A DNA stretch of 64,000 nucleotides from Amoebidium appalachense. Lineage: Eukaryota > Protista > Ichthyosporea. Under the pieces are notes generated by a model. It did not search any database, was not told where the DNA came from, and was given only the letters and a program-made list of their open reading frames with translations. Positions 25,550 through 62,495 of the stretch are shown here, one piece after another. Where the stretch lies: NCBI GenBank assembly GCA_963693365.1, contig CAVNZM010000012.1, positions 1,612,001 to 1,676,000 on the forward strand, in the 5' to 3' direction. A program made the translations under genes and the position numbers. How positions within the stretch are numbered: position 1 is the stretch's first letter; every line of letters starts with the position of its first letter.

Positions 25550-26172
25550 GGATTCGCAATGTTTATGAGCACAGGTGACCTCACGCTGGTTTGTGGATAC
25601 GGGTTGGATGTTTGCACTTATTGCAGCAGGCTCTCAGCATAGTGACAGCTGTTTTTTTTGCTTTTAATTAATCCATACGTAGGAACATGACACGTGATTC
25701 CGACCTGAATGCACAGACTATCATAGTAGAAGTGGAGTGTTCGGTCATTGCTTGTGAAGGCATGATTTGCATGGTTTAGTTCGAAACAGTACTTGTGGAA
25801 AGTTCGCTGATGCTTCTTTACTGGGGACACCACACTACAGCGAAGATGTCGCTATGTTTTGCTCTACATATAAAGAAGTTTTTGAGCAAACGAGGAGGGT
25901 TTTTGATTGCCGGTATAATCTAATATAGGGGCACAAATGTATGTCGGTACCTGAGCTACACGACTTTTCGAGATCCCTTTCCCCCCCCTAGAATTATAAC
26001 ACGGTTTGTTGAAAGCTTTCAGCGTTCTAGCGATGATGGGGATGTTACGTTAAACATATGTTACTTGCGAACATGGCTCGCCTGCATACGTATGGTACCC
26101 GAGGTGTGCTGCCGAAACATTTCTTAGCAAGCCTAAAGACGTCAAAATTGTACTACCGGATGGTTTATAATT

Positions 26173-26204
<32 letters not shown>

Positions 26205-26620
26205 ATTGATTGCATACAAACATGCACCCACACGTACACCCAATATCTCAAAAACACACCTGCGGGCACACACACACAAACTGCTGAGTACACAGGTACA
26301 CACGTACGTGCACACACACACACTCTTTCTCACGCTCTAACTCGGTTGCACGGTCTCTTGCGCACACACGCGTACATCGACTTGCGACATTTTACATACA
26401 CATGTACATACATGCCCTGCACACACCCGCAGACACACAGACAAAAGCAAATGCGCGCATGCACGCAGGCACATGCAGGCACACACAAACACACCTGCAC
26501 ACCTGCACACCTGCACACAGTGTCCACCCCACGTAAGTACACACGTGTAGGCACAAACACACAAACATACACGGGCTACGTGCCCACCGTGACTATCCAC
26601 GTTGCAAAAGGGGGGGAAAG

Positions 26621-26664
<44 letters not shown>

Positions 26665-27117
26665 CTATTATTAGTACGGTAACCCCCCGAGTCCGGTCAC
26701 TATCGGATATCATCTGAATAGATCATGTGCAAACACCATAAACAGTTGGTTCAAACATATATTCGCAGTTATATGACTTACTCAAACCCAAAACGTAAGA
26801 ACGAGCCTCAGGATGACTATATCACCTGAGAAATTCCGGATGTTACTAATATCATAGTATACACCACGGGCATCCCCTTCGAATTCCATCGAATCCATCC
26901 CCCCTTCCTCCCCACTCCCCCCCCCCCCCCCCCCCCCCCCCCCCTTTCCGGAATCCCCCCTTCCCTTCTGTGGGCCTGGGCATCTTAAGAAATGTGTCTT
27001 TCCACGCCGCCTGGGGTCTCTCTCAGTCAATGGGAGGCATCTTAGTGCAGCTATGCTAAGTTGTAATTGCTCTCTCGTTCCAAACCTTTGGCACTGATGC
27101 ATTCCTCCCTCCCGCGG

Positions 27118-27214
<97 letters not shown>

Positions 27215-27296
27215 CCTGCCTGCCTACCCGACGCCGTCCGGGCCGTCGTTACCGACCTGGCGGGATGACCCCTCTCCCATATTGACCCCCCCCCCC

Positions 27297-27327
<31 letters not shown>

Positions 27328-27775
27328 ACACACATACACACACAAAAACGGTATTCATGATCTCCACCTAGCCCAGCGACACAGAGTGTAGATATGAACT
27401 AGAATGCTCGACATAAGTTTCAGTTTACTGCATCCTTCAGGGATATTTATTCACATTTTACAACGAGCAATAAAACCTTCGATCAAATGAACATAAAATG
27501 ATAAAAATATGTTTAACCCCTACCTGGCACGATACATGCCTAATAGTATCATTCATGTCAAGTATACTGTACACAAAAGCGTGGTATAATAAAACAATAA
27601 AAAGAGTAGGAATATGCATACAATACCTAGAATGTGTTAGTAGCTCAATTTTTGAATCGCGTCATAATAAAACCGTTACACATAGTATTCATACCAACTT
27701 GAAGCCTAAAATCTCTTTGTAACGGCTTCTTGTACATGTGGTGGGTGCATGTACGTGCATGTGAGTGTTTAGGTT

Positions 27776-27865
<90 letters not shown>

Positions 27866-28159
27866 TGTGCACGTGCATTTGAGTGTGGGTAGGCGCGCGT
27901 GCGTGTGTATGTGTGTGGTGTGGCCGTGTGTGTGGGAATATGTGCATGTCTGCGTGTGTGTGCACGTGTATGCACATGCGCACCCGTGCACATACGTACC
28001 GACATGTGCGCGCCTATCCGTGTTCGTGTGCATCATCGCACTGAATACTTTGCCTAATTCGAGGTACGTGTGCCCGTGTCTAGGCACGTGTGCCGGTGTG
28101 TTTGTGCGCGCGAGGCGCGTGTGTCATTTTGCCCACATCCCCCTCTGCCCCTGGTCCCC

Positions 28160-28924
28160 CTAGTCCTCATCCTCGCTTATCTCCTGCCAGTTATCTCCGT
28201 AGTGGCTCCTGAGCAGCTCCTCCACCCGGGCATCGTCATCGTCATCCGAGATATACTCATCTGCATTTGATAAATGCATGTTAGATATCCAAAAATCAGG
28301 GCCGGGGAATGCTAGATATACGATATTTGGGACCGGGGCATTTAGATATCGGAATTAGGGCTGGGAGGAGGGGGAGGGGGTGAGAGAGGGGGGTTGTTAG
28401 AATATGTTTGCCGAGTAAGGAGTACACATTCATGACGGACAACATCATGCAAAGGTTTCAAAGGACAAACACATAAAGATGCACCATCACCATTGAAACA
28501 ACATAGGATGGGAACCACAAGCAGAACAGAGAGATAACACACGGTGATATTACAGTCCACGGTTTGCATTTGGCCTGACTTACTGCCCAGACAATGAATG
28601 CCGAGATAAAGTCCCCGCCATGTAAATATCCATGCCGATCAAGACCACCCCTCCTGTAAAAATCCATACATCCATAGAGCCCCCCCCCCCCCCCCCCCCC
28701 CCGGCACTTGCGCGAGTAAAAAGCCATGTCTATATAGACCCCCTCGCTTTTATGTAAGTATCCATGCCGAGATGAGCCCCCCCCCCCCCCTAAATGGTGG
28801 TGGTGCGTGTGTGTGTTTGTGTGCGAGCGTGCGTGTGTATGTGTGTGTGTGTGGGGAGGGGGGGGGGGGGGAGAGGGCGGGGAGGAGAGGGTGGTGTGTG
28901 TGTGTGTGTGTGTGTGTGTTGGGT

Positions 28925-28957
<33 letters not shown>

Positions 28958-29554
28958 TGACGAACCTTCATCACTCCCAAAATCCAAGTCAGCCCCTGCC
29001 TTGCTCGAAAGAAACGACATGAGGCCTGCCGTGTTCTGCATTGCACGTTGCAACCTCTCTTCGATGCTCTCTGCTTGCACGCCATCGCCAACCGTTTCGT
29101 TCTCCTTCTCCCTGCGCGCGTTTTGTGTTTGCGACGTTGTGGCTTCCTCGTGTGTGGGTGCGTGTTGTGCTTGTGACATAGGCTCTTCACCCATGTTTGG
29201 CTGAGGGACAAACACGGCACATGTAAGTGATATTGATTATAAGAGATATTAGAAAACTGATAATTTATACAAGTCCTCTTATTAATCAGTGCCCCAGCCG
29301 GAGTGTTTTATCATCTTCCTCTTCAGCCCCCCCCCCCCCCCCCCCCCCCCCCCTCCCCTCCCCCCCCCCGGGGGCCCCCATCTTCAGCCCCCCCCCCCTC
29401 CCCCCCATCCCCAACACACACACACACACACACACACACACATCTTCCGGACAACTCTTGGCCTCATTGTACCTCATTTGTAACTTCTGCTGTGTCTAAT
29501 CATTCCCCTTTGCTTAAGCCCATTCACCCATCCTGCTCCCTCTTTCTCATACCA

Positions 29555-29597
<43 letters not shown>

Positions 29598-31707
29598 AGG
29601 TCTTACCCCTCTTCCAGACAAGTGTCCCCCTTCGCCTTTCCCCAATTCCATTCCATTCCCGCCCTCCTCTTTTTTATTCTGCTTGTTTCAATATGAACTG
29701 CATGCTGCGAGCACAACCACAGAAACACACTGAGACCTGCTCATGTTATGTGGTGATAATCAACTGAAAAAAGATGACTAATGTGGATACCCCTCAAAAC
29801 GGGTGTGTTTGTGTATATGCCATACATATTGGTCCCCCCCCCCCCCCCCCCCCCCCCTCATCCGCCCTCGTCCCCCTTCTCTTTTTACACACAATCCCCC
29901 CAACCCTCTCTCCCTCTCTTAACAGGTGGGAGGAGGGGGAAGGGGGGGGTTAAGAGGGATGTGTCCGTGTGTAATTTTGTGTGTGTGCACAAGTGTGTGT
30001 GAATGTGCATGTCTCTGTGTGCCCGAGTGTGTGCTTGTGCGTATGTGTGTGTGCACGAGTGTGTGCATGCATATGTGCAATGTGCACGTGTCACACATGC
30101 ATGTGTGAGTGTGTGTGCATGTATGTGTGTGTGCATGTATGTGTGTGTGCATGTATGTGTGTGTGCATGTATGTGTGTGTGCATGTATGTGTGTGTGTAT
30201 GTATGTGTGTGTGCATGTCTGTGTGTGTGCATGTCTGTGTGTGTGCATGTATGTGTGTGTGCATGTATGTGTGTGTGCATGTCTGTGTGTGTGCATGTTT
30301 GTGTGTGTGCATGGTTGTGTGTGTGCATGTATGTGTGTGTGCATGTATGTGTGTGTGCGCGTGTGCACGTGTGTGCACCTCTGTGCAAGTGCGCAAGTGC
30401 ATGCCTGTGTGCATGTGTTTGGTGTGGCTGTATGTGTGCACGCGTATACTTGCATGTGTCTGTCTGTGCTTTTCCCTGCCTCGCGCTCACACACTCTGGC
30501 GCGTGTATTCATCTGCATGTGTGCATGTGTTTAATGTGTACATGTGCATGTGCGTGCATCTGTATAACGTGTACAAGGGTGTGTGTGTGTGCATATTTAC
30601 ATGTGTACACCTGCTTGTGTGTGCATATGTAGATGTGTACAAGTGTGTGTGTGTGTGCATATGTAAATGTATACATGTACATGTGTGTGCACGTGCAGCA
30701 TCCAGGGTTATTCACCTGGTACTGCTGCAGAGTTGCAAAGTTCAATGTGCCCAGACTGCTGTCCTCCTCCAGCACGCTAATCTGCAGCTGCCGCAGAGTC
30801 GCCTCCTCCATCTGTCACGTTTGCGCAGAAATCAGCAACGGACTCTTTTGCACAAAAATCAGCTACGGGAAATTTGCGCAACATCAGCTACGAAGATTTG
30901 GGCAAAAATCAGCCACGGAAAATATGCCCAATTATCAGCCACGGCAAAATACGCGTAAGAATCGGCTAAGGAAAAATTTACGCAAAAACGAACAATGGAT
31001 TAGAGGAGAGACACGGAGTGCGCGGCCCGGGGGGGGGGGGGGGGGGAACTCGAATGTAAGGCTGCATGGCCTCCAGGAAGAAGGGAGAAGGAGAGGAAAG
31101 GCGGAAAGGGAAAGTGAAAGGGGCTGGGGGGGGGGGAGGGGGGGGGAAGGGGATAGGGAAGTTGTGGAAGGAGGGAAGGAGGGACGGAGGTGGGGGTGGG
31201 GGGTGGGGGGGGGGGGGGGGGGGGAAGAAGAAAAGGGAGAGACGGGAAGGAAAAGGGGGGAAGGGGGAAGGGGGGGAGGGGGGGGAGGCAGGAAGGGGGG
31301 AGGGGGGAAGAACGAGGAGAGAGGGAGAGATACAAAACACACACACGCACTCTCTCTCTCTCTCTCTCGCCCCCCTCCCCCCCCCTCCCCCCCGAAAGGG
31401 TGGAGGCAGGGAGGTAGGGAGAGACAAGCCCCTTACCAGAACATTCTTCAGCCTCAAATTCGTGAGCTAAAACATGACACCCTCCCCTCTACCCCCCTCC
31501 CCCCTCCCTCCCCCACCCCTCCCTCCCCCTTCTCCCCCACCCTTCCTCCCGGAAGAGGCAAGAGGAAAAGCATGCGGGGTGTTTGTCTTTAGCAAAACTC
31601 CCAAAGAACATCCTCCCTTCCCTTTCCACCAGAAAGATTGCTCACATTTTCCCCAGCCGGCACATAGCCAAAAAAATTTCACCGAAAATCCCGTGCCTTA
31701 CTCCCTA

Positions 31708-31761
<54 letters not shown>

Positions 31762-32033
31762 CAAAAGAAACAAATAAAAGAAGAGACACACACCTGCAAG
31801 GCAGAGAGCTGCTTGATAAACATGGTCTGCATCTTTTGCAGAAGCATTCTCTCCACCTCCAATTCACGCAGGAGGTCGGAGGGGCGCATGTTCAGATGCG
31901 CATCCCTAAGATGCACAAAGTTTAGGTTAGTTAATAGTTATTTTTAAGAGTGTAGGAAAGAGAGATTTCAAAGAGGAAAGGGGGTAGAGAAGTCAAAAAG
32001 CAGAGGGGAGGCGCTCAACGGGGGAAAAGGGGG

Positions 32034-32073
<40 letters not shown>

Positions 32074-32827
32074 CTGAAAAAAATTATTGTAGGTTAGTCC
32101 CTGAGCATGTGTCTGTGTATGTGGGTCTATGTGTGAGTGTGGATGTGTGTGCTCGTGGCAGATTATTGCAGGAACGTTCCCGGAGAGGCTGGGGGGAGAA
32201 GGGGGAGGGTGGTGGGAAGGGGATAGCGGGGCAGGGAAGGCAGAAGGGGAAATACCCTCAGGAAAGGAGGCGCACTGAGAGGGGGGTGGAGATAAGTGAA
32301 GTACAAAACAAGAAACAAACAGAAATATGGAGGCAGTGTATCTGTGGATGTCACGTGTGTGTTTGTGTGTATGCGTGTGTGTATGTGGGGGGGGGGAGGG
32401 GGGAGGGGGGTACGGGGGGGGAGAGGGAGGCGGGGGGGAGGAGAACAGAGAGATTCCGGAGATGATGAGGGAGGAAAGGAGAGGGGTGAGGTGGGGATTC
32501 CCAACTTCGACAGAGTACCAAGATGACATCGTGAGCACAGAAGCCAGAACACAAGGCACGTGCCCCCCCCTCCCCCCCCCCCCCCCCTCTTCCCCCCCTA
32601 TTTCCCTTCCCTGCCCCGCAATACAGGCCATTTCCCAGTCGCACAGCATGTGCCAACGAAACAGCCCATTTAAACCACACTCAGGCAATCTCACCTGTGC
32701 ACACCTGGATCGAGGCCTCCCGCATCTGCAAAGGGGAAACAGATCAACTTTCTCTCTGCCTCTTTTTACACAGCAACACGTGAAACATAAGGGGAGGAAA
32801 GTGGTGGTGGCGGTGCTGATGGTTGTC

Positions 32828-32892
<65 letters not shown>

Positions 32893-33177
32893 TGTGCGCG
32901 CGCGCGCCCGGGGGGGAGGGGGGGGGGGGAGGAGAGGGGGGGATGGGGGGGGAAGGAGTGGGGGGGGGGGGGGGGGGGGGGGGGGGGGATCGGGAAGCTA
33001 GCAACTTGAAGCACCTTGCTTCAAGAAAAGCAGAATCGCTTGCACATAAACCAGGCGTGAGGGATAAATGGCCCATGCTTAAATCGGGCAAACCTCGTTT
33101 TCCCTCTAATCCGTTTGGTCTGACAGCGCGCTTGCAAATGGGGAAGGGGCAAACTTGTAAGGATAAGGGGATAGCCA

Positions 33178-33214
<37 letters not shown>

Positions 33215-33581
33215 GGTGGCGGGGAGGTACTGGCTTACTACGCTGGACAGGATGAAAAGAAAGTGTAGCTGGCAAGATGCACATAAAAGCGAACTACTAG
33301 CCAGGCCAAGTAACGGTAAAAAACCATTTCACGTGTAATCTCTTCTGCTACATATACACCAACACATCATGCAGCGGCTTGCGGAGTAGCAGGGTGAACA
33401 TCAAAGCGCAGTGCACATGAAATGAGAGTGCACGTGAAAGAAAGAAGGGGGCACATGAAATTGGGGCACAAGAAATAAATAATACGCACGAGGCCAATAA
33501 AACACACATCCACCACCTACCGTGCAGGTTGTCAAGCGACTGCAGCTGCAGGTTTGCTGGGTCCAAGTCTCGACCCGCCAT
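28160..33581 (-). CDS. SNAPC5: snRNA-activating protein complex subunit 5 (SNAP19)-like, 227 aa, 7 exons
   Basis: Phase-consistent exons: 33581-33521, 32725-32695, 31905-31794, 30811-30716, 29489-29442, 29200-28966, 28260-28160. LLRELEVERMLLQKMQTMFIKQLSALQMEEATLRQL matches the SNAP19 coiled-coil pattern (L.EL..E...L......L..QL..L..EE..L). The C-terminus is acidic (ISDDDDD...ISEDED*). Confidence 0.65.
28282..28780. repeat. Intronic minisatellites (~31-bp TAGATAT..GGG(C/A)CCGGGG x3; ~35-40-bp TGTAAA..TCCATGCCGA units) plus a diverged interspersed-repeat copy at ~28390-28500
   Basis: Tandem units are directly visible. 28390-28500 (-) resembles 1820-1915 (+) (TTGTCCGTCAT(A/G)AATGTGTACT). Confidence 0.55.
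30109..30355. repeat. 18-bp tandem repeat GTGTGTGTGCATGT(A/C)TGT
   Basis: About 13 tandem units in a SNAPC5-like intron. Confidence 0.85.
30828..30990. repeat. ~24-bp minisatellite (AAATCAGCYACGGAAAATTTGCGC) x~6
   Basis: Degenerate tandem units adjacent to the acceptor of the 30811-30716 exon. Confidence 0.75.
31708..31760. repeat. (AAT)n microsatellite
   Basis: About 17 perfect AAT units, intronic. Confidence 0.95.
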
Positions 33582-34833
33582 TTTACAATGTTGAACGTTC
33601 CTCACCTTCTATACAGTTTGAAAGAGGATGTAAACCTAACTGTCTACTGTCGTGTGTTTAAAGAGGTTTTCATGTTGCACCGAAACATCGACCTGCCTCT
33701 GTCAGAATATGGCTGGCTCCCCCGAGCTGTCTTTACAACAACACTACCTGTGAAATGTAGTTTGTCACGTGTCGAACTACCTTTGGATAAGTAAAGTAAA
33801 CCCTAAAGAGGAAGACGGAGGAACCTACAAACCGACAAACCCAGAAAGAGTTTGAGTGATTTTCGTTGGGAGAACCCACACACACGTTACTGTCTGTATA
33901 CACACGAATTATCTATCAATCACTTCGATTCTGGTTGAGTGCATAATGCGTGGGTTTCAGGGAAAAGAAAGAACCCAAAAGGTTTAAAAAAGGTGAGTTT
34001 CAGTGCATAACTCCCAGAAAACGAGTCAATTTCAGTGCACCCTTTTACATGGAAAAGTGATTCTAAAAAAAGCTTTAGCTAAAATGAGTGATTTTGACGG
34101 TGAACCTGTTCAATATTTGGTCAATCTGGTACACCGTTTATTCGATTTGATTGGTTTAAATCCCTACCCATTTGCTTCACCAAGTAGTCCACCGGGTCCA
34201 GCTGCAGTCAGCCCGCCCTAACCAGACAGGCACACACAAACCAAGGCCTCCTTATCACCGTGTAAAGATCTGAGAGATTTCAGAACACAACGGAGTATAC
34301 ATACACCTTGTCAAGCACAAACGTATAAATGGTAACGACAGCAACTGGGACTGATAAGCTGCTTGCACTCACATGTGCCATCGATAGATGTACAGCTCCA
34401 GCTACACGCAGTTTTAGTTGGTTGGTCTTTGACTTGTCACCGGTGTTTTGTACAACTATACACCATTACAGTTCAGATTCTTCTAATTTATTCAACTCTT
34501 CCTGTGTAATAAACGCCTGCTGGGCTAGTCATACTTTAAGAAAGAACAATCCCTGTAATATATGTCTTTGTCTGTTCACGGTTACGTGCACATACAATCG
34601 TGAGCGCATCAACAGAAATAAACACATTCCCAACTAAGAGCTAAACGACCCACTCCTTTTATCACGACTACACATTGTTTTGGCAAGGAATTCACACAGA
34701 GTTGCGGGAAGGCCGGAAAAAGTGCGAACGGTTTAAGTTGAGGAACACACTTTGACTGTCATACACCAGCCTGTCCGGCACCTAAGCATTTATTTTTGGC
34801 CATTGCAAGGCTGGTGTGTATAACATCTGGAAG

Positions 34834-35434
34834 ATGAACGTCACAGTGAGTGAGTTTGGGAATGAGCTGTACCTGTGGGGCTTTGCGGAGCTCTACGAGA
34901 CCGGCAAGCTGAGTGATGTTGTGCTGCGGGTGGAAGGCTGCGGTGGGGACACAAAGGAGTTCCACATACACAAGGCGATAGTGGTAGGTGTTAGTCCTGA
35001 CCCAGCCTATCTATCTGAAACAGTGCCCTCTTTTTTTTTGGAGTGTTTTAAGTTTCGAGCTTTTCTGGTGTGTGTTTGGTGGCAACACGAGTAACGCTGA
35101 ACTTAGGGGGACATTGATGGTGCTTTTCTATTTGTAGGGGATGGGTATGTATGGTCAGACTTTCTCTTCTGGCCATAAAACTATCTCGAGATCTCTCCTT
35201 TCCCCCTCCCTCCCCTCCTGCTCCAACCCTTCCTCCCCTTTCACTGTTGCGCCAATACACACCAGACACGAAATCTGCACAGGACGCTGAAACGCTGACA
35301 AGCACACTCACATCACTAAGGCGCAGCGTTCATTCGTACCCACACCCACATCTACATACAAGCACAGCTTACGCAGACACGACACACACCACGCACACAA
35401 ATATGCACAAGCATGCGCACACGTGTGTGTGTGT

Positions 35435-35491
<57 letters not shown>

Positions 35492-36391
35492 CCAGTGCCA
35501 GTGAGTATTGGAGCAACCTGGTTGCCACGGAGTCTTTTGTGGAGAAGGAGTGATCTGTTGTGCAGATATGGGAGGTGGAGCCTGCCACCGTGGATCTGGT
35601 CTTGCGCCACATCTATGGTCTCAAAGCGCCCATGGATGCAGCATCTTCCGTTGCTGTTATCAACGCTGCAAACGCGGTAAGCACCCCATCGTCGTCAATC
35701 CCTCCCTTTGATGCATACATCAAACCCCCCCCAACCCCCCCCCCCCCCAACCCCCCCCTCCCCCCCCCCCCTCCCCCCCCCCCCCACCCGTCCCCTTTCC
35801 CCCCATTCCGCCCCGCCCTCCAGAACACCACTACCACCATCACTCCATGCATGCCTCTTCTACCCCCCTTTTCCCTCCCATTATCCCACCCGCATTTTCC
35901 TCCATCCCCCCTCCATGCCCCCCTCCCTCCCCCTCCCCCCCACACCTTGCCGCAGCCCCGCAGCCCCCCCCCCCCCCCCCTCCCCCCCCTCGTTTCAGGG
36001 GCTGCACACACAACACATGTGTTAATGAAACAACACTAAGCTATGAAACAGATAGGCGGAAGCAATGATTTCAGTAGAAATGTTTGAACTGTGTATCTGT
36101 TCTTGTCGCAGCAAAAGGGGCAGTGTTTTTTTTATTTTATGAGAACACCCACCCGTCTGTATTGCATCCTCTCGGCAAAATTTCACAGTTCCCTCACGAG
36201 ATTTTCACTCCCCGCAGTTTCTAATGAGCCCACTTCAAGACGCAGTCACCAAGGAACTACTCAACTCCAACCTCTCTTTTGCATCCAACCGCCGCCTGTT
36301 TGCAGAAATTGCATATTTCCACAATGAACAACCTGAAGAATACGTTATGTCGGGACCAACGGGAGACCAAGAGAGCGACAGCGAAAACTAA
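34834..36391 (+). pseudogene. BTB/POZ-domain gene (3 exons, ~170 codons) with an in-frame TGA at 35551-35553
   Basis: Exons 34834-34983, 35491-35676 and 36218-36391 (all phase 0, GT-AG) give ...KLSDVVLRVEG..KEFHIHKAIV|ASASEYWSNLVATESFVEKE*SVVQIWEVEPATVDLVLRHIYG...AANA|FLMSPLQDAV..., a canonical BTB fold pattern. Confidence 0.8.
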
Positions 36392-37310
36392 AACGGAGCC
36401 ATGGACGTCGACGCAACCATCGAAACAGAACCGAATAAATGCTTTTGTTCTTATTGGTTGTTTGGTTAAAGGAGTGGTTCCTGGTGGCTGTCGATAGTGT
36501 CTGAATCGGGCCAATGGTGACCAAAAATGTTGGGAAAAGTTGGATTCGGGCAAGGTACTACTAGTGCAGGATTAAAAAATGTTAAATTATTGCTGCCTGC
36601 GGGCAGTTCAACACAAATATGGTCTGCCTTCGTTTCTCAATGTGTGATGTATTGGTAATGCGCTTTGCAATGTTTCGCTGTTGTATAGGAATATATAAGG
36701 GCCTTCTTAGACTATAAAAACGTATGAACACTTAGCCGTGTTCTTCCATATTAACGTTTATATTAACCTTGAAAAAAAAGGGTTGGTGATACTATATCGG
36801 TAATCGCATTGCAGCGTTTTGCTGGTTTATACGCAAGTTTACGCATACCTGTCTTGTAAGCTCAACACTATGTGTGTGTTGTGTTACACTGTGTTATGAT
36901 AACGCTTTGGGGTGCAGGGATATAACGTTGTATTATAGTATGTATACTTCACATATGAACGCCTGTTAAAAATACATGGGGGAATAATATGTCGACTGTT
37001 TTGCGCTGTAGTACTACGTGTTTTTCTGCTCCGCACAAACAGCTCATTTTCCAGGCTGATCAGACCAACAAATGAACTGTACGGTACTTCTACCCATAAG
37101 CAAAATCGATACAAATCTGTGAGCTGTGAAATAAAGTCAAAATAAATATTGCCAACTGTGTTATAGTGTTGTCCGTTGCATGCCCAGAACAATTCCTTGC
37201 TGTTCCTATATGTACATCTCCCAATCGACTGTTGCAATAATACATGGACACACGAGTCTTAACCTTATCCTTACATATTTGCCAAGGCTAAACATGAAAG
37301 GTGGCCAGGC

Positions 37311-37358
<48 letters not shown>

Positions 37359-38600
37359 GTGTGTGTGTGTATGTAGGTCCCCCCTTGGCAAAAATGAATT
37401 TGCAAACTTTCGTTACTTGTATGGGTGCGTAACACTGGGTGGCTGGGTGATTATAAGTGATGTGGTATCATATAATGAACTCTGTATGATAGGTAGCGTT
37501 GAACAAATGCAGCTTGTCCGTGTTGGATAAAATTATGGGGCTGTGACAGACGTCCATGGCATAGCAAAACGGATAACTTAACACCCATTGAAATAGGCGA
37601 GACTAGTCAGAGTCACCAAATTTGAACCCCCCCCCCCCCCCCCCATCCCCCCCCCCCACCCCAACCCAACTCCTCCTCCTCTCGGTATATCTCTCTCTAA
37701 AGTCCAGATATCCCCCCCCCCCCCCCCCCCCCCCCGGCTCGGCCCCCTCCTTCCCTTTCTCTTTCTCTCATGTTCAAAAGTTCTGCCCCGAGCACGTGCA
37801 CGGTGCCACATACACACACAGCCTGTTACATAGCAGTGCTCATGGCCGCAAACACACCACCTACACAAGCATGCTACAGGCGGCGCCTTGTTCATACCCT
37901 CCCCCTTCCCCCTCCCCCCACCCCGCCCTGCCCCACTCACGCAGCGACCACCACACACGTGCGCACCACACACATGTACACGCACGCACACACGCACACA
38001 CACACACACATACACACGTACACACATGCACACGCACGCACGCACGCACGCACACGCACACGCACATGCACTCGCACATGCACAAGCACACGCACATGCA
38101 CACGCACATGCACACACGCACTCGTACACACACACCTTTTCACAGACCCCCTCAAGGACATTAGCATCGCCTCCACGAGATAGCGGAGCATTCATTCTCT
38201 TAAAAAAAAAAAATGCCACTTTGTCGTTGCTTGACAACTATTCGGTTTTATTGATTAATTATAATTATTGGGTGTTTCGGTGGGACTGGTAAATCCCTCA
38301 CCGAAACAAACACCCCACCGCCACCACCACAGAACGTTTAAGCATGCCAAGTAAACAATGCAACACACAAACACTACCAAAAAAATCAAGATACTGAGGA
38401 ACCGAACGTATGAAAACAGAGGCCAGTAAACTGAGCTATGCATGGATCACTACGTGCATGCCATTCATACAGCAATCTATCACGGACGCGTGTTATCTCG
38501 GCCCGAGTATTGGAAAGTTAGACAAAAACACATTCTATGAAAAACTACTCCGGGACGTGTGTTGCCTAAAAACTGTCGTGCTTATATACCTAAGCCTACC

Positions 38601-38701
38601 GATCTGAGCCAATCAAAATCGATCTAGTGATATGTGAAATCTGATCCGAGCCAATCAAAACTCGGTCTAGTGATATGTGGAATCTGACGTTTTGATTGGC
38701 T
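38601..38701. repeat. ~42-bp tandem repeat with AGCCAATCAAAA motifs plus an inverted copy (possible DNA-transposon subterminal region)
   Basis: GATC(T/C)GAGCCAATCAAAA..CTAGTGATATGTG(A/G)AATCT occurs twice, followed by TTTTGATTGGCT. Confidence 0.55.
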
Positions 38702-39051
38702 AATAGGTGCCCATGTGCGGGCAGCCAACCGCGAACTGCTAAAACACGAAATGAAGCCTACATGGTTATGTTGATACCGAACACCCATCCTACGTGTTTA
38801 CCCAGAAAAAATATTTATGTCAATAAATTCCACAAATAAAACCTCATTCACAAACACCGCCTATTCTTCGCGCAAGTATAACCTCCGACCTCATACTATG
38901 CACCGTAGTACCCTACGATACATCCCTATAATAAACGACCAAACTTTCATTCACTAAGGCGACATATTCATATGGTATGACATAGGTACCAACGAGGCTA
39001 TACGTGAGACCTTTTTTTTTAAAAAATATTAATAAAAAAAGGGGGAGAGGT

Positions 39052-39085
<34 letters not shown>

Positions 39086-39203
39086 ATTCAACTACCTGTA
39101 AAAACGAACATGTGAGATATGGCTCCAATGGCCTACTCGTAAAGTGCAATGAAGAATGACATCACAATTCCATTCCTCCCACATAGTCTAAGTATTCTTC
39201 GGG

Positions 39204-61952
<22,749 letters not shown>

Positions 61953-62236
61953 CTGTAATACAAGGAAAGCGTTGAAATTAAGTGAGTGGTGGGTAGGTGA
62001 GTGAAAGTGGTGGGGTGTGCGCGTGCGTGCGCGCACGCGCGAGCGTGCGTGCGTGTGTGCACATGTCTTTTTTGGTGGTGGTGGTGATGTGTGTGTGTGG
62101 GGGGGGGGGGGGGAGGGGAGGGGGAAGGAGGGGGGGGAAGGGGGGGGGGAGGGGGGGGGGGGGGAGACAGGCAGCAGGGTATGGAAGGGATGTAAGGCAA
62201 ACACGGGTAAGCAGTGAGGTGGGTGGCGAACGGGGA

Positions 62237-62274
<38 letters not shown>

Positions 62275-62462
62275 AGGGTGGCAACTGCAATACTGATGCA
62301 ACATGCACTACACAGGTAACATAGTAACACACAAGATCTATATACCATGCGTCCTTTAAGCCTCTTCTATCACCTACTAAATACTTCTGTCAGGCTCCTC
62401 TCTACCTCCTCCCCTCCCCGCCCCTTCTCCCCGCCTCCCCCCCCCCTCCCCCCCCCCTCCTC

Positions 62463-62495
<33 letters not shown>

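Noticed and set aside
30828-30990. Regular ~24-bp repeats resembling a CRISPR array
   Set aside because: Units are contiguous and degenerate with no unique spacers, there are no cas genes, and the context is a eukaryotic intron.
34190-34515. Exon-like minus-strand segments (EELNKLEESEL*WCIVVQ...) with AG/GTGAGT borders
   Set aside because: They contain stops and match no family I recognise. Possibly a pseudogene relic, but unsupported.
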